Positions 1 through 10,615 of a stretch of DNA of 64,000 nucleotides are shown here, in pieces. Source of the stretch: an uncultured delta proteobacterium (GTDB lineage Bacteria; Desulfobacterota; Desulfuromonadia; Geobacterales; DSM-12255); NCBI GenBank assembly GCA_963787125.1, contig CAWBBV010000011.1:32001-96000 (forward strand). The letters are read 5' to 3'. Below the pieces are notes generated by a model. That model saw only the letters and a program-made list of their open reading frames with translations. It had not been told where the DNA came from and made no database searches. Each line of letters opens with the position of its first letter. Positions within the stretch are counted from its first letter, which is position 1. The translations under genes were made by a program, and so were the position numbers.

Positions 1-822
1 CTGCTCGCCGACAGGGACAAAACTTGCAACAGCAGCTGTTGCCGCTTGTGCCAGCGGCTCATCAACTATTTCCTCAAGAACAAACTCATCCTCGACGGGA
101 GGGGCAACCTGCACTTTAACTTCAGATTCAAAGGAGAAGAAGTCGTCATCCGCAGAAACGGCAGCAGGAGCTGTCACCTGAGTTGCCTGAGGAGACAAAT
201 CAACGCTATCCATATCAAATGCACCCCAGAGATCATCATCTGTGGTTACTTTCACCGCAGTAACACTCGCCACAGCAGCCATGGCAGGCTCGGCAAAAAT
301 AGCAGTCTCCGGCTCGATCTCAGAGGCAGGCTCCATGTCGAACCCTGTCGCCCAGACATCATCCAGTGACGGTGACGGCGCTGCCGGAACAGCAACCGGA
401 GCCGGCCCGGGCGCTGCCTGCGAAACTGCGGGGGCGACGGCACGCTGGCTGGTAAGGGCGATCATTCTGTTGGTTGCATCAATAAGCGCCTGGGATTCAA
501 AAGGCTTGGTAATAAACTCATCAGCCCCGCTCTGGCGATTTTTTTCCTCGTCAACAATTTCAAAAGCACCCGTCATCAAGAGGATGGCAATATGACGCAA
601 AGCCGGGTTCTGCCTGATCTCGCGACAGACTTCATAACCGTTTTTACCCGGCATCAGGGCATCGACCAGCATCACGTCAGGTTTTGTCTCATTTGCCTTC
701 AGGAGAGCATCATCGCCTGTAGCAACCGTGGTGAGATCATAGCCTTCGTTTGCAAAAATTATCCCTACCACCTTTTGAATGGTAACACTGTCATCGGCGA
801 GGAGTACTTTGCTGCCCATCAT
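1..822 (-). CDS. Response regulator: N-terminal REC domain plus long Pro/Ala/acidic linker (RomR-like architecture); runs off the window edge
   Basis: Manual translation from ATG at 822: MMGSKVLLADDSVTIQKVVGIIF...PDVMLVDALMPGKNGYEVC...ADEFITKPF, then a low-complexity linker; no stop before position 1. Not in the ORF track. Confidence 0.85.
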   Translation of the reverse strand, partial: MMGSKVLLADDSVTIQKVVGIIFANEGYDLTTVATGDDALLKANETKPDVMLVDALMPGKNGYEVCREIRQNPALRHIAILLMTGAFEIVDEEKNRQSGADEFITKPFESQALIDATNRMIALTSQRAVAPAVSQAAPGPAPVAVPAAPSPSLDDVWATGFDMEPASEIEPETAIFAEPAMAAVASVTAVKVTTDDDLWGAFDMDSVDLSPQATQVTAPAAVSADDDFFSFESEVKVQVAPPVEDEFVLEEIVDEPLAQAATAAVASFVPVGEQ

Positions 823-937
823 GCCCTCCGTTAGGGGTTTCCATAGTCCGCTACAAATGCGAAAAAACTAGCATAAAGGCATATGGGTGTCAATGAATTG
901 CATACGAGAAACATAGTCAGCCGTCAAGTGTCAGGGA

Positions 938-2392
938 TCAGCATAAAAACAGTTTCTCCCGACTCCTGCATTTAATGGACGATTTCCGCCGTAAAGCGGT
1001 AAAGCCTCCCCCCTTCCAGCCGTCCGGGGGGAGTCCGGCCTTCAAGGCAAGCTGCCGCAGGTAAGTATCAAGATCCCACTTCTCCTCCAGCGGCACCTGG
1101 GGCAGAAAGACGCTGCTGCGACCGCCCGCCTCAAGATAGAGTCCGTGAGCCCCGACCGTTATCTCGCTGATAGCGGCCACCGGTTCCAGTGGTGAAAGAA
1201 CCGTCACTTCCAGGCTCAGGCCCGCCAGCTCGTCAGGGCGTACCGGCGGGAAACGGGGATCTTTACTTGCTGCGGCAACAGCATTCTGGCTGATGGATCG
1301 ATGCAGCGCGGTATACGCCTGAATACTGCCGATACAGCCACGCAGGCGACCGTTCTTCTCCTTCAGGGTCACAAACACGGCGCCGTCAGCCTTCATGCGG
1401 CGCTCACTGCCGCTCCAGGCAGGAAGTGGCTTCCCGGTCACCTGCGCCTGCACTGTCTCTTTGGCAAGAGTCAGAATGTCAGCACGCAGCGACGCTGAGA
1501 GCTCTTTTTTGTAGAAGCCAAGGGCACCATAACCGACAACCTTTTGCCGGTCGCCCGAAACATCACCGGAATCCGCATAATTGTATAGCTGCGCCTCTGT
1601 GGCACCGGCGCCTCTAGCCGCAGCCATTCCATAGAGAACCGGCCCGGCGCCGCACGCCTCACCCTCGCCGCTGGAGACGAGCCGCTCCAGATCTCCCCCT
1701 GCAAGGCGCTCAATCGCACTGAGGACTTTTCTATCCATGCCCGAGGCAGTGGCACTATCGTGATAATGGGAAAGGTCGGTGCTGATTACGACGATAGCAG
1801 CATCATCATTTTTAAGGACCGTTGCCAGGCTGTCGCCAAGGTACTGGTAAGACTCTTTGGTCATCCGCCCGATCAGAATCGGCACAACGCTGAAGTCCTC
1901 CAGGCTTTTCTGCAAAAACGGCAACTGCACTTCCAGCGAGTGTTCCCGCTCGAACGGCTCTGCCGCAAGCTTCACCCCCATCTTTTCGTCAGCAAGCCTG
2001 CGTGCCAGGGCTTCGTCCACCCTGACAACCCCGAGCGGCGTTTTCATTCCGGCGCCGGGGTAGAGAACGGCCCCGGTTATCGCCGCAAAATGAGTCGGTC
2101 CGAGCAGAATGACCTTGCGAATATTCCTCCCCTTCAGCTTTGCATATGAATAGCCGGCAACCCCGCCTGAATAGATATACCCAGCATGAGGGACCACAAT
2201 CGCCAGGAGCCGCCCGGCGTCAGGGGCATCACCCGGTTTTGCCAGGTATTGGTCCAGATCGGCGGCAAGCTTTTTACTGTCAGCCGGATAGAAACTGCCG
2301 GCAACAGCCGGTTCCTTGACAGCTGCGCTGCATGCGCACGGGAAGAGCACCATCAACAGCATACTTTTAAAAATAAATTTAAGTCTGCTCAT
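938..2392 (-). CDS. AmmeMemoRadiSam system protein B-A fusion (MEMO1 + AMMECR1 domains); C-terminus probably frameshifted
   Basis: PAVAGSFYP, VPHAGYIYSG, EHSLEVQLPFLQ, STDLSHY (MEMO1); FVTL..GRLRGCIG, DPRFPPV, FLPQV (AMMECR1). Confidence 0.9.
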   Translation of the reverse strand: MSRLKFIFKSMLLMVLFPCACSAAVKEPAVAGSFYPADSKKLAADLDQYLAKPGDAPDAGRLLAIVVPHAGYIYSGGVAGYSYAKLKGRNIRKVILLGPTHFAAITGAVLYPGAGMKTPLGVVRVDEALARRLADEKMGVKLAAEPFEREHSLEVQLPFLQKSLEDFSVVPILIGRMTKESYQYLGDSLATVLKNDDAAIVVISTDLSHYHDSATASGMDRKVLSAIERLAGGDLERLVSSGEGEACGAGPVLYGMAAARGAGATEAQLYNYADSGDVSGDRQKVVGYGALGFYKKELSASLRADILTLAKETVQAQVTGKPLPAWSGSERRMKADGAVFVTLKEKNGRLRGCIGSIQAYTALHRSISQNAVAAASKDPRFPPVRPDELAGLSLEVTVLSPLEPVAAISEITVGAHGLYLEAGGRSSVFLPQVPLEEKWDLDTYLRQLALKAGLPPDGWKGGGFTALRRKSSIKCRSREKLFLC

Positions 2393-2436
2393 ATTTTCAG
2401 TCCTCCGTTGACTAAATCCACTACAGACATAGCAGG

Positions 2437-2784
2437 CTACCCCCCGGCAGCCTTCGCCTTGTAACCTCTGGCCGCAAGCTCCGTTAACAGGAGTTCCCGG
2501 TGATCCCCCTGGATCTCGATAATGCCGTCCTTCACCGTCCCGCCGGTGCCGCAGCGGCGCTTCAGCTCGCCGGCAAGAGCCTTGATGGCGTCCTCGCCGC
2601 CGGAAACGCCAACAATGACCGAAACCGTTTTCCCGCCCCGCCCCTTACTCTCCCGCCGGATCCGGACGATGCCATCACCGGCTGGTGAAACAGCTTTTTT
2701 GCAGATGCAGGCAAGATGGGGGCGCTCACACTTCGGGCAGATCCTGCCTGTGCCTGATGAATATACCAATCGTGAATTTTTCAT
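2437..2784 (-). CDS. yciH: Translation initiation factor Sui1 / YciH family
   Basis: VRIRRESKGRGGKTVSVI, LKRRCGTGGTVKDGIIEIQGDHR. Confidence 0.9.
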   Translation of the reverse strand: MKNSRLVYSSGTGRICPKCERPHLACICKKAVSPAGDGIVRIRRESKGRGGKTVSVIVGVSGGEDAIKALAGELKRRCGTGGTVKDGIIEIQGDHRELLLTELAARGYKAKAAGG

Positions 2785-2790
2785 GCGCAG

Positions 2791-3957
2791 TTACTCCTCA
2801 AGCTCAATCAAAGAAACCGGTTTCCCGAATGCTTCCACTGCCAGAGTTGACAGCTCGCTCCGCAGCTGGCTGAAATCGGCTTTTTTCCTGAATTCCAGCC
2901 TGGTGGTCAGGAGAATGACAAAAAGATCGGCGTCTGTATCAATCCAGACGGAGGCGCCTGAGTAACCGGTATGGCCAAAAGAACTACGGGAGAAAAACCC
3001 GCCCCTGGGAGCCGAATAGGGGGAGGAGATATCCCAGCCAAGCCCCCTGGCAACCTTGCCGCCACGGGAAAAGTAAGGCGCCGTCATCTGGTTGACCGTC
3101 CGCTCGGCCATGATCTCTTTGCCGGAGGATTTGCCCACGGAGAGCATCATCCGGCAGAAAATAGCCAGATCTTTGGCGGTGCTGAAAAGCCCGGCATGAC
3201 CGGCCACACCACCGAGCTGGCGGGCCAGATAATCCTGTGGGTCGCCGATAAACTGCAACGTCAGGTCACCAACAGTGGCTGCCGCTCGCGACCGCTTCTC
3301 CAGAGAGGGGAGAAAGCCGGTATCAGTCATCCCCATCGGCTTGTAAAAGCTTCTGGCATCGTAATCGTTGAGCGCCTCACCACTGACACGGCGGACCATC
3401 TCACCCAGCAGGATGAAATTTATATCGGCATAATGGAAACGATTGCCGATCTCCCCAGTCAAATGTTGCGCCGCCGCCCCCTCCACCGCACTCTGCAGCG
3501 GCCTGTCCGGAGCCAGCGAAAAGTCGTTGAGAGCCGAGGTATGGGTCAACAGGTGCATAACGAGTAGCTCGTCCTTCCCCTTCCCCTCAAATTCGGGGAA
3601 CCACTTTTTTACCGGATCGATCAGGGACAGCTTCCCCCCTTCGGCAAGCTTGAGCACGGCAGGAGTGGTGGCAATAACCTTGGTCAGGGAGGCAAGATCG
3701 AAGATCGTATCAACCGTCATCAGCCGGGCATCGACAGAGGGCGAAACCCGGCCATACGCTTTCGCAAACAGGGTCTTGTCACGGCTGCCGATCAGGACAA
3801 CTCCGCCGGAGATAAGAGCTTTTTGAATGGAACTTTCCATGAGCAGGTCGATACGATACTCCGGAAGGAGGCTTTGCAGCGGGATAACAGTCGGCTCGAC
3901 AGCATGGGCGATTGTTGGCAGGAGGGCCAAAAGGAGGAGAATTGTAAGTTTAAACAC
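2791..3957 (-). CDS. Serine hydrolase, beta-lactamase/PBP-like family, with signal peptide
   Basis: FDLASLTK (SxxK), HLLTHTS, FHYADINF, FGHTGYSG. Confidence 0.85.
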   Translation of the reverse strand: MFKLTILLLLALLPTIAHAVEPTVIPLQSLLPEYRIDLLMESSIQKALISGGVVLIGSRDKTLFAKAYGRVSPSVDARLMTVDTIFDLASLTKVIATTPAVLKLAEGGKLSLIDPVKKWFPEFEGKGKDELLVMHLLTHTSALNDFSLAPDRPLQSAVEGAAAQHLTGEIGNRFHYADINFILLGEMVRRVSGEALNDYDARSFYKPMGMTDTGFLPSLEKRSRAAATVGDLTLQFIGDPQDYLARQLGGVAGHAGLFSTAKDLAIFCRMMLSVGKSSGKEIMAERTVNQMTAPYFSRGGKVARGLGWDISSPYSAPRGGFFSRSSFGHTGYSGASVWIDTDADLFVILLTTRLEFRKKADFSQLRSELSTLAVEAFGKPVSLIELEE

Positions 3958-3980
3958 TATTTGCGCACCGCTATAACTAT

Positions 3981-4250
3981 TCAGCTAACATATTTGAGTG
4001 GAAACCGTTCAGGGTGGTCAAGCGCTTCGAGCTCAATATCTTCATCAAGCGACTCCCACCTGAGTTGCCCTGGAGCGATCTCTTCCATACTGTAGATCTC
4101 TGTCACTGTGGCTTTTTTGAAGCCGGGGTACTTTTCAAACGGTATAAAATATTCAGTGTCATTGGTGATAATCCATAGTCCATCTCTGCCAATCGCCGTT
4201 ACTTCACTTGGATAGATGTTTTTTCCACGCGATCCTGAAATCATGGGCAT
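3981..4250 (-). CDS. DUF2442 domain protein (putative antitoxin)
   Basis: IPFEKYPGFKKAT...LRWESLDEDI; overlaps the upstream DUF4160 gene. Confidence 0.75.
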   Translation of the reverse strand: MPMISGSRGKNIYPSEVTAIGRDGLWIITNDTEYFIPFEKYPGFKKATVTEIYSMEEIAPGQLRWESLDEDIELEALDHPERFPLKYVS

Positions 4251-4443
4251 TCTCCTCTACAAGTGTTGCGAGTTCACGTAAGGTTCTCTTGTCCAGCCTG
4301 TAAGAATCAGCATAGCCGACTATCGGCTCAAGCCAGAATTTTGCGGTTCCTTCCGGGGTCTCAATATGAATATGCATCCGGCTCTCTTCATTACTGTTGA
4401 AGAAAAATCTGTATTTTGAGATCCGCATAACCGTTGGCGACAT
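4204..4443 (-). CDS. DUF4160 domain protein (putative toxin)
   Basis: MSPTV..YRFFFNSNEESRMHIHI...AKFWLEP...AWKKH. Confidence 0.8.
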   Translation of the reverse strand: MSPTVMRISKYRFFFNSNEESRMHIHIETPEGTAKFWLEPIVGYADSYRLDKRTLRELATLVEENAHDFRIAWKKHLSK

Positions 4444-4478
4444 TCAACCTCCCCCGAATCATAAAAGTTCAACAGAGT

Positions 4479-4874
4479 TTAGTTCATCCTGAACTTGACG
4501 GTTTTCAGCAGTGTCCCGTTCTCATCAACGACCTCAACCCGCCAGTCACCTGACCACCCCTTCTGAATGGTCTTTTTACTGTAGGTTCGCCATTTCTCCC
4601 CCTTCACCGGGAGTTTATACTCGGCGACCTTCTCATCACCCTTATACCAGAGGTGCTTGACGTTACCTTCAAACCCTGCCGGCGCAATCATGCGGGTAAA
4701 ACAGTACAGGTTTTTTTCAGTGCCCGAGGAGAGCCGTTTGATTGAATCAAGCGGCTTCCCCTTGACGATTTTGGAAGTTATGACAATCTCGGTAATTTTT
4801 ATATCACCGGACTCGGCAAAAACAGGCATTGCTGTGAAAAGAAACATTAGTAGAACTGCGGTAAAAGCTCTCAT
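4479..4874 (-). CDS. Exported DUF2914-like protein
   Basis: Signal peptide; LYCFTR, HLWY, WRTYSKK, GDWRVEVVDENG. Confidence 0.75.
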   Translation of the reverse strand: MRAFTAVLLMFLFTAMPVFAESGDIKITEIVITSKIVKGKPLDSIKRLSSGTEKNLYCFTRMIAPAGFEGNVKHLWYKGDEKVAEYKLPVKGEKWRTYSKKTIQKGWSGDWRVEVVDENGTLLKTVKFRMN

Positions 4875-4919
4875 TTATTTTCCCTCTAAGGGTTGCTGAA
4901 TTTGATAATTTCAAGCTTT

Positions 4920-6101
4920 TTATGTTCTGTAATCCGCGTTTATTTTGACATAATCGTAGGAAAGATCGCTCGTATAAACGGTTGCAGAGCCGCTCCCCAG
5001 ATGCAGATCAACCGTGACGGTGAACTCGGGTTTTTGCAGCACTAAAGTCCCTCTCGCCTCGGCATCGCCACCGGCAAAAAGCCCGTCCTTTACCATCTGT
5101 ACGTCATCAAAAAACAGCTCTGTCTTCAACTGTTCCACCTCTACGCCTGAGTAACCGACCGCCGCAAAGATTCTCCCCCAGTTGGCATCCTGACCGAAGA
5201 AAGCGGTCTTTACCAGGGAAGAGTTGGCAACCGCCATTGCCGCCTGCTTCGCCTGGGCAGGAGAAACAGCCCCCTTGACGGTGATGGTAACGAATTTGGT
5301 CGCCCCTTCGCCATCTTTCACGATCAGCTTGGCAAGGGAGAGCAAAAGGTCGTTCAAAAGAGCGGCGAATGCTTCGGCTGCAGCTGTTCCTGCAGCTATC
5401 GGCGCGTTTCCGGCCGCGCCATTTGCCATGATCAGCGAAGTATCATTGGTTGAAGTATCGCCATCAACAGTAATCGCGTTGAAAGAACTGTCGTTGGCGT
5501 TCCGGAAACAGTCCTTGAGGAATGCCGGTTCGACCGCAGCGTCAGTGACGATAAAGGCAAGCATGGTGGCCATGTTCGGCATGATCATCCCAGCACCCTT
5601 GGCTACCCCGGCAAGGGTATACGCCACGCCGTCGGCAACGCCTGTGCGGCTCTCCATTTTCGAAAAGGTATCGGTCGTCATGATGGCGGCAGCAATATCT
5701 CCAAGGCTGCTGTTGCCGCTTCTTGACACCAGCGCGGGAATCGCCAGGCTAAGCCGCTCCATCGGCAAAAACTGCCCGATGACACCGGTGGATGCAACCA
5801 GTACCGACTCCTCGGGGATCTGCAAACCGGCGGCAACCAATCTTGCAGTCTCAAGCGCGTCAGCCATCCCCTGAGCGCCGGTACAGGCATTGGCATTGCC
5901 GCTGTTGACAACCAGCGCCTGCACCCTGCCGCTTTTGACCCGCTCTTCATCCAGCAGTACCGGCGCCGCTTTGACCTTGTTGGTCGTAAAAACGGCCGCC
6001 ACATCAGCCGGCTTTTCGGAAAAGATCAATGCCAGATCAAGTCGGCCCGGCTTTTTTATCGCCGCTTCCACGGCTGCAAACTGAAAACCTTTTAGCTTCA
6101 T
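4920..6101 (-). CDS. argJ: Bifunctional ornithine acetyltransferase / N-acetylglutamate synthase
   Basis: NSGNANACTG, STGVIG, IMTTDT, KGAGMIMPNMATML, DGDTSTND, DGEGATK, YVKINADYRT. Confidence 0.97.
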   Translation of the reverse strand: MKLKGFQFAAVEAAIKKPGRLDLALIFSEKPADVAAVFTTNKVKAAPVLLDEERVKSGRVQALVVNSGNANACTGAQGMADALETARLVAAGLQIPEESVLVASTGVIGQFLPMERLSLAIPALVSRSGNSSLGDIAAAIMTTDTFSKMESRTGVADGVAYTLAGVAKGAGMIMPNMATMLAFIVTDAAVEPAFLKDCFRNANDSSFNAITVDGDTSTNDTSLIMANGAAGNAPIAAGTAAAEAFAALLNDLLLSLAKLIVKDGEGATKFVTITVKGAVSPAQAKQAAMAVANSSLVKTAFFGQDANWGRIFAAVGYSGVEVEQLKTELFFDDVQMVKDGLFAGGDAEARGTLVLQKPEFTVTVDLHLGSGSATVYTSDLSYDYVKINADYRT

Positions 6102-6271
6102 AAATCCCTCATATTTTTTGGAGTTTATTCAATTTGGAACGTGACCGCAAGAGTTAATCATTGTGCAGCCGTTCCCGGAACGAAGTGATTCAATTTATAC
6201 CAAAGCCGTAAATGATGATGACATAAACACTGTTTTATGGCATTTTAGGCAAAATGTGAGGGCTTCAACCT

Positions 6272-6703
6272 ATGGGAACATATCGTTACAAGTCAATAGG
6301 GACAAGATCATCAGGGTTCACACTGATTGAGATCCTGGTAGCTTTAGTAATTATTGGTCTTCTCGCCGCCATATCACTCCCCATGTATAACACTTATCTG
6401 GACAAAGCAAAACTCACTGTTTCCATCCACACCCTACAGACTGTCGCAAGAGCCATGGAAGACTACTATACAGAGAACAACAGCTGTTATCCTCCCGCCC
6501 TTAACATCACCACAGGTGAAGACGGTAATGGCCATATTGTTTTGGATTCGTCGCTACTTGCCGACTTCAACAAAAACTTCGTCTCTCTGGAGAGCTATTC
6601 GGCGCCAACAACCGGCGACTACACCCTTACCGCCCGAGCACAGAACACTCTGCACACTCTTCTTACCCTTAAACCGGGACAGCCTATAACCCAGGGACCA
6701 TAG
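6272..6703 (+). CDS. Type IV pilin-like protein (prepilin cleavage/methylation motif)
   Basis: G|FTLIEILVALVIIGLLAAISLPMY class III signal with Glu at +5. Confidence 0.85.
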   Translation: MGTYRYKSIGTRSSGFTLIEILVALVIIGLLAAISLPMYNTYLDKAKLTVSIHTLQTVARAMEDYYTENNSCYPPALNITTGEDGNGHIVLDSSLLADFNKNFVSLESYSAPTTGDYTLTARAQNTLHTLLTLKPGQPITQGP

Positions 6704-6705
6704 CC

Positions 6706-7296
6706 ATGAGAAATTACAATCGCAGAAAGTTTTTTATCGACCGGAAGTTCCAGCTTAAATACATTCTTCTGGTCATCTTCATGCTGCTTCTCTACACGAT
6801 CGTTTTTGTCGGCATGCTCTTTATCCCCCAACTGCTGCCACTGATCTTCAATGCCCCGACAGACGAGCAGGCCAGAGCTGCCGAGATCCTTCTTCTGTAC
6901 CATAAAAATGTCTGGCCGGCAGTATTTGTTGTCATCCCGCTCTTCGGTTTTTTCAGCATCTTCTTTACCCATAAAATTGCCGGTCCTGTCTACAGGCTGA
7001 AAACCAAACTGGAGCAGATGACTGCCTGGGATCTTGACTCGAAAGTCACCTTGAGAAGTGGGGATGACCTGCAGGATCTGGCTGACTGCGTCAATCTTCT
7101 CTCTGATGAGCTGCAAATCTTTACTGCCGCACTAAAGGAGAATTATAAATCTCTTTCAGCTAACATCGACGAAATAGAAAAGCAGATTGAAGCCGGAACA
7201 TTGAATCGGGAAAGCGGCAAAGAAATTATTGTCAGCCTCAGCTTCAGCAGAAAGAGTATCGCCGAAACCCTTGCCCGTTTTCAAACTGTAGAGTAG
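6706..7296 (+). CDS. Two-TM membrane protein with HAMP-like domain
   Basis: RRKFFIDRKFQLKY, two hydrophobic segments, THKIAGPVYRL...LRSGDDLQDLADCVN. Confidence 0.7.
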   Translation: MRNYNRRKFFIDRKFQLKYILLVIFMLLLYTIVFVGMLFIPQLLPLIFNAPTDEQARAAEILLLYHKNVWPAVFVVIPLFGFFSIFFTHKIAGPVYRLKTKLEQMTAWDLDSKVTLRSGDDLQDLADCVNLLSDELQIFTAALKENYKSLSANIDEIEKQIEAGTLNRESGKEIIVSLSFSRKSIAETLARFQTVE

Positions 7297-7301
7297 GGTT
7301 T

Positions 7302-7338
7302 AAAAAAGCCCCTCTGACAACTCAGAGGGGCTTTTTTT
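7302..7338. terminator. Bidirectional intrinsic terminator
   Basis: AAAAAA-GCCCCTCTGA-caac-TCAGAGGGGC-TTTTTTT between convergent genes. Confidence 0.9.
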
Positions 7339-7361
7339 ATCAGATTTAGCAATATCAGTCG

Positions 7362-10064
7362 TTACTGACCACAACACTTTTTATACTTCTTGCCGCTGCC
7401 ACAGGGACAGGGATCGTTACGACCGGCGCTCTTGGCGCTTTTAGACGGTTTTTGCGGTTCATCAGGAGTCGTGTTGAATGACAGCCGCTGCCGCTTCTTT
7501 TGCTGCTCCTCTTCCAGTTTCTCGACCTCCTCCTCGACGTCAGAGTCCCGTGAAAGCTGTACCCAGAAGATCTTCTCCACAACTTCGGCACGGATGCGCA
7601 GGATCAAAGCCATAAAGAGGTTGAACGCCTCTTTTTTGTACTCCTGCTTCGGATCCTTCTGGCCATAGCCACGCAGCCCTATCCCTTCTTTGAGGTGGTC
7701 AATCGCCAGGAGATGATCCTTCCACTGCTGGTCGATCGTCTGCAGCATGATCACCTTGATGAGATGATCCATCAGCTCATCCCCGAAATGATTGAGCTTG
7801 GTGTTGAAAAGCTCCGTAACCTGATCCTTCAGAACCTTCCTGAAGTTGTCGGGAGTAAGCCTGGCGATGGTCTGATCCGGGAAATCAATCTCAACAAGAA
7901 AGGTTTTGTGCAGCGTCTCGGCAATCCCTTCCCAGTCCCACTGATGCCCCGGAACTTTGTCTATGGCGTACTGGCTGACAATGTCGCCGATCGTTTCATC
8001 AAGCATCTCCGCGAAGCTGGCTCTGATCTCCTGCCCGGCAAGAATCTCCTTGCGTTGGGCGTAAATGACTTCACGCTGCTTGTTCATGACATCGTCATAA
8101 TCAATCAGGTGCTTTCTGATATCAAAGTTATGCGCCTCGACCTTTTTCTGGGCGTTTTCGATCGCCCTGGAGATCATCCCGTGGGTAATCGCCTCACCCT
8201 CCTCTATCTTGAGGATGTCCATAATTTTCGCTACCCGCTCGGAACCGAAAATCCTTAAGAGGTCGTCTTCCAGGGAAAGATAGAAGCTTGACGAGCCCGG
8301 GTCACCCTGACGACCGGAACGACCCCGCAACTGGTTATCTATCCGGCGGCTTTCGTGGCGCTCGGTTCCGAGGATATGGAGACCGCCGAGCGCAACAACT
8401 TCATCATGCTCCTTTGCACAGATCTCCTTGAATTTTGCCAGATGGGCAGCGTACTCTTCTTCGCCGGCATCAGGATTCTCCCTGCCCCACTGCTTTGCCA
8501 TGGCATCAGGATTGCCGCCGAGAACAATGTCCGTACCCCGGCCAGCCATATTAGTGGCAATGGTCACCATCCCCAGGCGCCCGGCCTGGGCAACGATTTC
8601 AGCCTCTTTTTCATGCTGTTTGGCGTTGAGAACACTGTGGGGAACGCCCTGTTTTTTCAGCAGTTCCGCGAGAACTTCCGACTTCTCGATGGAAATAGTA
8701 CCGACAAGGACCGGTTGCCCTTTGGCATGCAGTTCCTTGATCTCGTTGATAACTGCGGCAAATTTCTCCTTCTCGGTTTTATAGACGACATCAGGGGCAT
8801 CGGGTCGCAGTAGTGGCCTGTTGGGCGGAATGACCATGACTTCAAGGCTGTATATCTTGTGAAACTCCTCAGCCTCGGTATCAGCAGTACCGGTCATGCC
8901 CGAAAGCTTTGCGTACATCCGGAAATAGTTCTGGAAAGTGATGGTAGCAAGAGTCTGGTTTTCGTTCTCGATAACCACCCCCTCCTTCGCCTCGATCGCC
9001 TGATGCAGGCCGTCTGACCAGCGGCGTCCCGGCATGAGGCGGCCGGTAAACTCATCGACAATCATCACCTCGCCGTCTTTCACCACGTAATCCACATCAC
9101 GCTTGTACATGGCGTGAGCTCTGAGAGCCTGATTAACATGGTGCAGAAAGCTTATATTGCGCGGGTCATAAAGGTTGTCAATCTTCAGCAGCCTCTCCAC
9201 CTTCAGAACACCCTCTTCAGTCAGAGTCGCTGATTTGGCCTTTTCATCAATGGTAAAATCGCCGCTATACTGCTTGCGCTTGCCGGAAAGGGTATTTGCC
9301 TCCACTTCGATGGCTTCACCCAGTTTGAGCTGGGGGATAATGCGGTCGATGATGTAATACTTGTCGGTAGAATCTTCGGTAGGACCGGAGATGATCAACG
9401 GCGTACGTGCCTCATCAATCAGAATCGAGTCGACCTCATCGACAACCGCAAAGGCGAAGGGACGCTGGACGTAATCTTCAAGGGCGAATTTCATATTGTC
9501 GCGCAGATAATCAAAGCCGAATTCGTTGTTGGTCCCGTAGGTTATATCCGCCGCGTAGGCTTCCCGCCGCTCGTCGTCATCCAGGCCATGAACGATAACA
9601 CCGACCGTGAGCCCGAGAAATTTGTACAGTCGACCCATCCACTCGGAGTCACGTTTTGCCAGGTAATCGTTGACCGTGACGACATGCACCCCTTTACCGG
9701 TAAGACCGTTCAGATAGGCTGCCAGCGTTGCCACCAGGGTCTTGCCTTCACCGGTCTTCATCTCGGCAATCTTGCCGCTGTTCAGCACCATCCCGCCGAT
9801 CAGCTGCACGTCAAAGTGGCGCATCCTGAGAACCCGCTTGCCCCCTTCGCGGCAGACGGCAAAGGCTTCCGGCAGGATCGATTCAAGCGACTCACCGCGG
9901 TTGAACCTCTCCCTGAAAAGCTCGGTCTTGCCTCTCAGCTCATCATCAGAAAGAGCAGCCATCTGCGGCTCCATCCCGTTAATTTTCTCCACAATCGGCC
10001 ACATCCGCTTCAATTCACGATCATTTTTACTGCCGACGATCTTCTTTAAGAGTGCCCCAAACAT
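7362..10064 (-). CDS. secA: Preprotein translocase subunit SecA
   Basis: [38 protein letters not shown]-terminal SEC-C motif [18 protein letters not shown]. Confidence 0.99.
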   Translation of the reverse strand: MFGALLKKIVGSKNDRELKRMWPIVEKINGMEPQMAALSDDELRGKTELFRERFNRGESLESILPEAFAVCREGGKRVLRMRHFDVQLIGGMVLNSGKIAEMKTGEGKTLVATLAAYLNGLTGKGVHVVTVNDYLAKRDSEWMGRLYKFLGLTVGVIVHGLDDDERREAYAADITYGTNNEFGFDYLRDNMKFALEDYVQRPFAFAVVDEVDSILIDEARTPLIISGPTEDSTDKYYIIDRIIPQLKLGEAIEVEANTLSGKRKQYSGDFTIDEKAKSATLTEEGVLKVERLLKIDNLYDPRNISFLHHVNQALRAHAMYKRDVDYVVKDGEVMIVDEFTGRLMPGRRWSDGLHQAIEAKEGVVIENENQTLATITFQNYFRMYAKLSGMTGTADTEAEEFHKIYSLEVMVIPPNRPLLRPDAPDVVYKTEKEKFAAVINEIKELHAKGQPVLVGTISIEKSEVLAELLKKQGVPHSVLNAKQHEKEAEIVAQAGRLGMVTIATNMAGRGTDIVLGGNPDAMAKQWGRENPDAGEEEYAAHLAKFKEICAKEHDEVVALGGLHILGTERHESRRIDNQLRGRSGRQGDPGSSSFYLSLEDDLLRIFGSERVAKIMDILKIEEGEAITHGMISRAIENAQKKVEAHNFDIRKHLIDYDDVMNKQREVIYAQRKEILAGQEIRASFAEMLDETIGDIVSQYAIDKVPGHQWDWEGIAETLHKTFLVEIDFPDQTIARLTPDNFRKVLKDQVTELFNTKLNHFGDELMDHLIKVIMLQTIDQQWKDHLLAIDHLKEGIGLRGYGQKDPKQEYKKEAFNLFMALILRIRAEVVEKIFWVQLSRDSDVEEEVEKLEEEQQKKRQRLSFNTTPDEPQKPSKSAKSAGRNDPCPCGSGKKYKKCCGQ

Positions 10065-10195
10065 TTAATAATTTCTCCTGGAGATGTAATTCCACTTAAG
10101 AATTGGAATAGCGATTTTAGAACAGTTATAAATACCATAAAGAGCAGCGCTTGCTCAATAGAAAACGATTTCAGCCGGGGCGCACGGCCGCCTTG

Positions 10196-10237
10196 AATAA
10201 AAAGCCCTGCCTCCGGATCCGTGGGCAGGGCTTTATT
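10196..10237 (-). terminator. Intrinsic terminator of the cytochrome gene
   Basis: AAAGCCCTGCC...GGCAGGGCTTT stem with flanking A/T tracts. Confidence 0.75.
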
Positions 10238-10261
10238 GTTACTTAAAACCGGTGAAACTGA

Positions 10262-10534
10262 TCAGTCTTTGCTGCTGTTACCGTGACAGAGGCTGCAATG
10301 CCTGGTCGGCCCTGCCCCCTCTTTGGTGTGGCAGCCGATGCAGAGCTTGTGCGCCTTCTGCTTGTTGATGCCGAATGACCGGGGCGGCCCTTCATGGCAC
10401 TCTGTGCAGGGGTACATGCCCATATGTTTCGAATGATTGAAATCGATGTCGCCGTTGTACGCCTTGAATACCTTGGCCTCTGCTGTCGAGCAGATCAAAA
10501 GCGCCAGCAGTAGCGAGTAAATACCGTATTTCAT
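10262..10534 (-). CDS. Periplasmic triheme cytochrome c7 (PpcA family)
   Basis: Signal peptide; FNHSKH distal His pair; three CxxCH motifs (CTECH, CIGCH, CSLCH); 90 aa. Confidence 0.9.
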   Translation of the reverse strand: MKYGIYSLLLALLICSTAEAKVFKAYNGDIDFNHSKHMGMYPCTECHEGPPRSFGINKQKAHKLCIGCHTKEGAGPTRHCSLCHGNSSKD

Positions 10535-10615
10535 TACCTTAAGCTCCGGATCGTTGTGATGATATGTCGTGTTATACGACAGCAGCTGATAATTCTCCAG
10601 AAAAAACTGGCTACT

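Noticed and set aside
6272..6703. Geobacter conductive e-pilin (PilA-N)
   Set aside because: 143 aa with a globular C-domain and no pil gene context.
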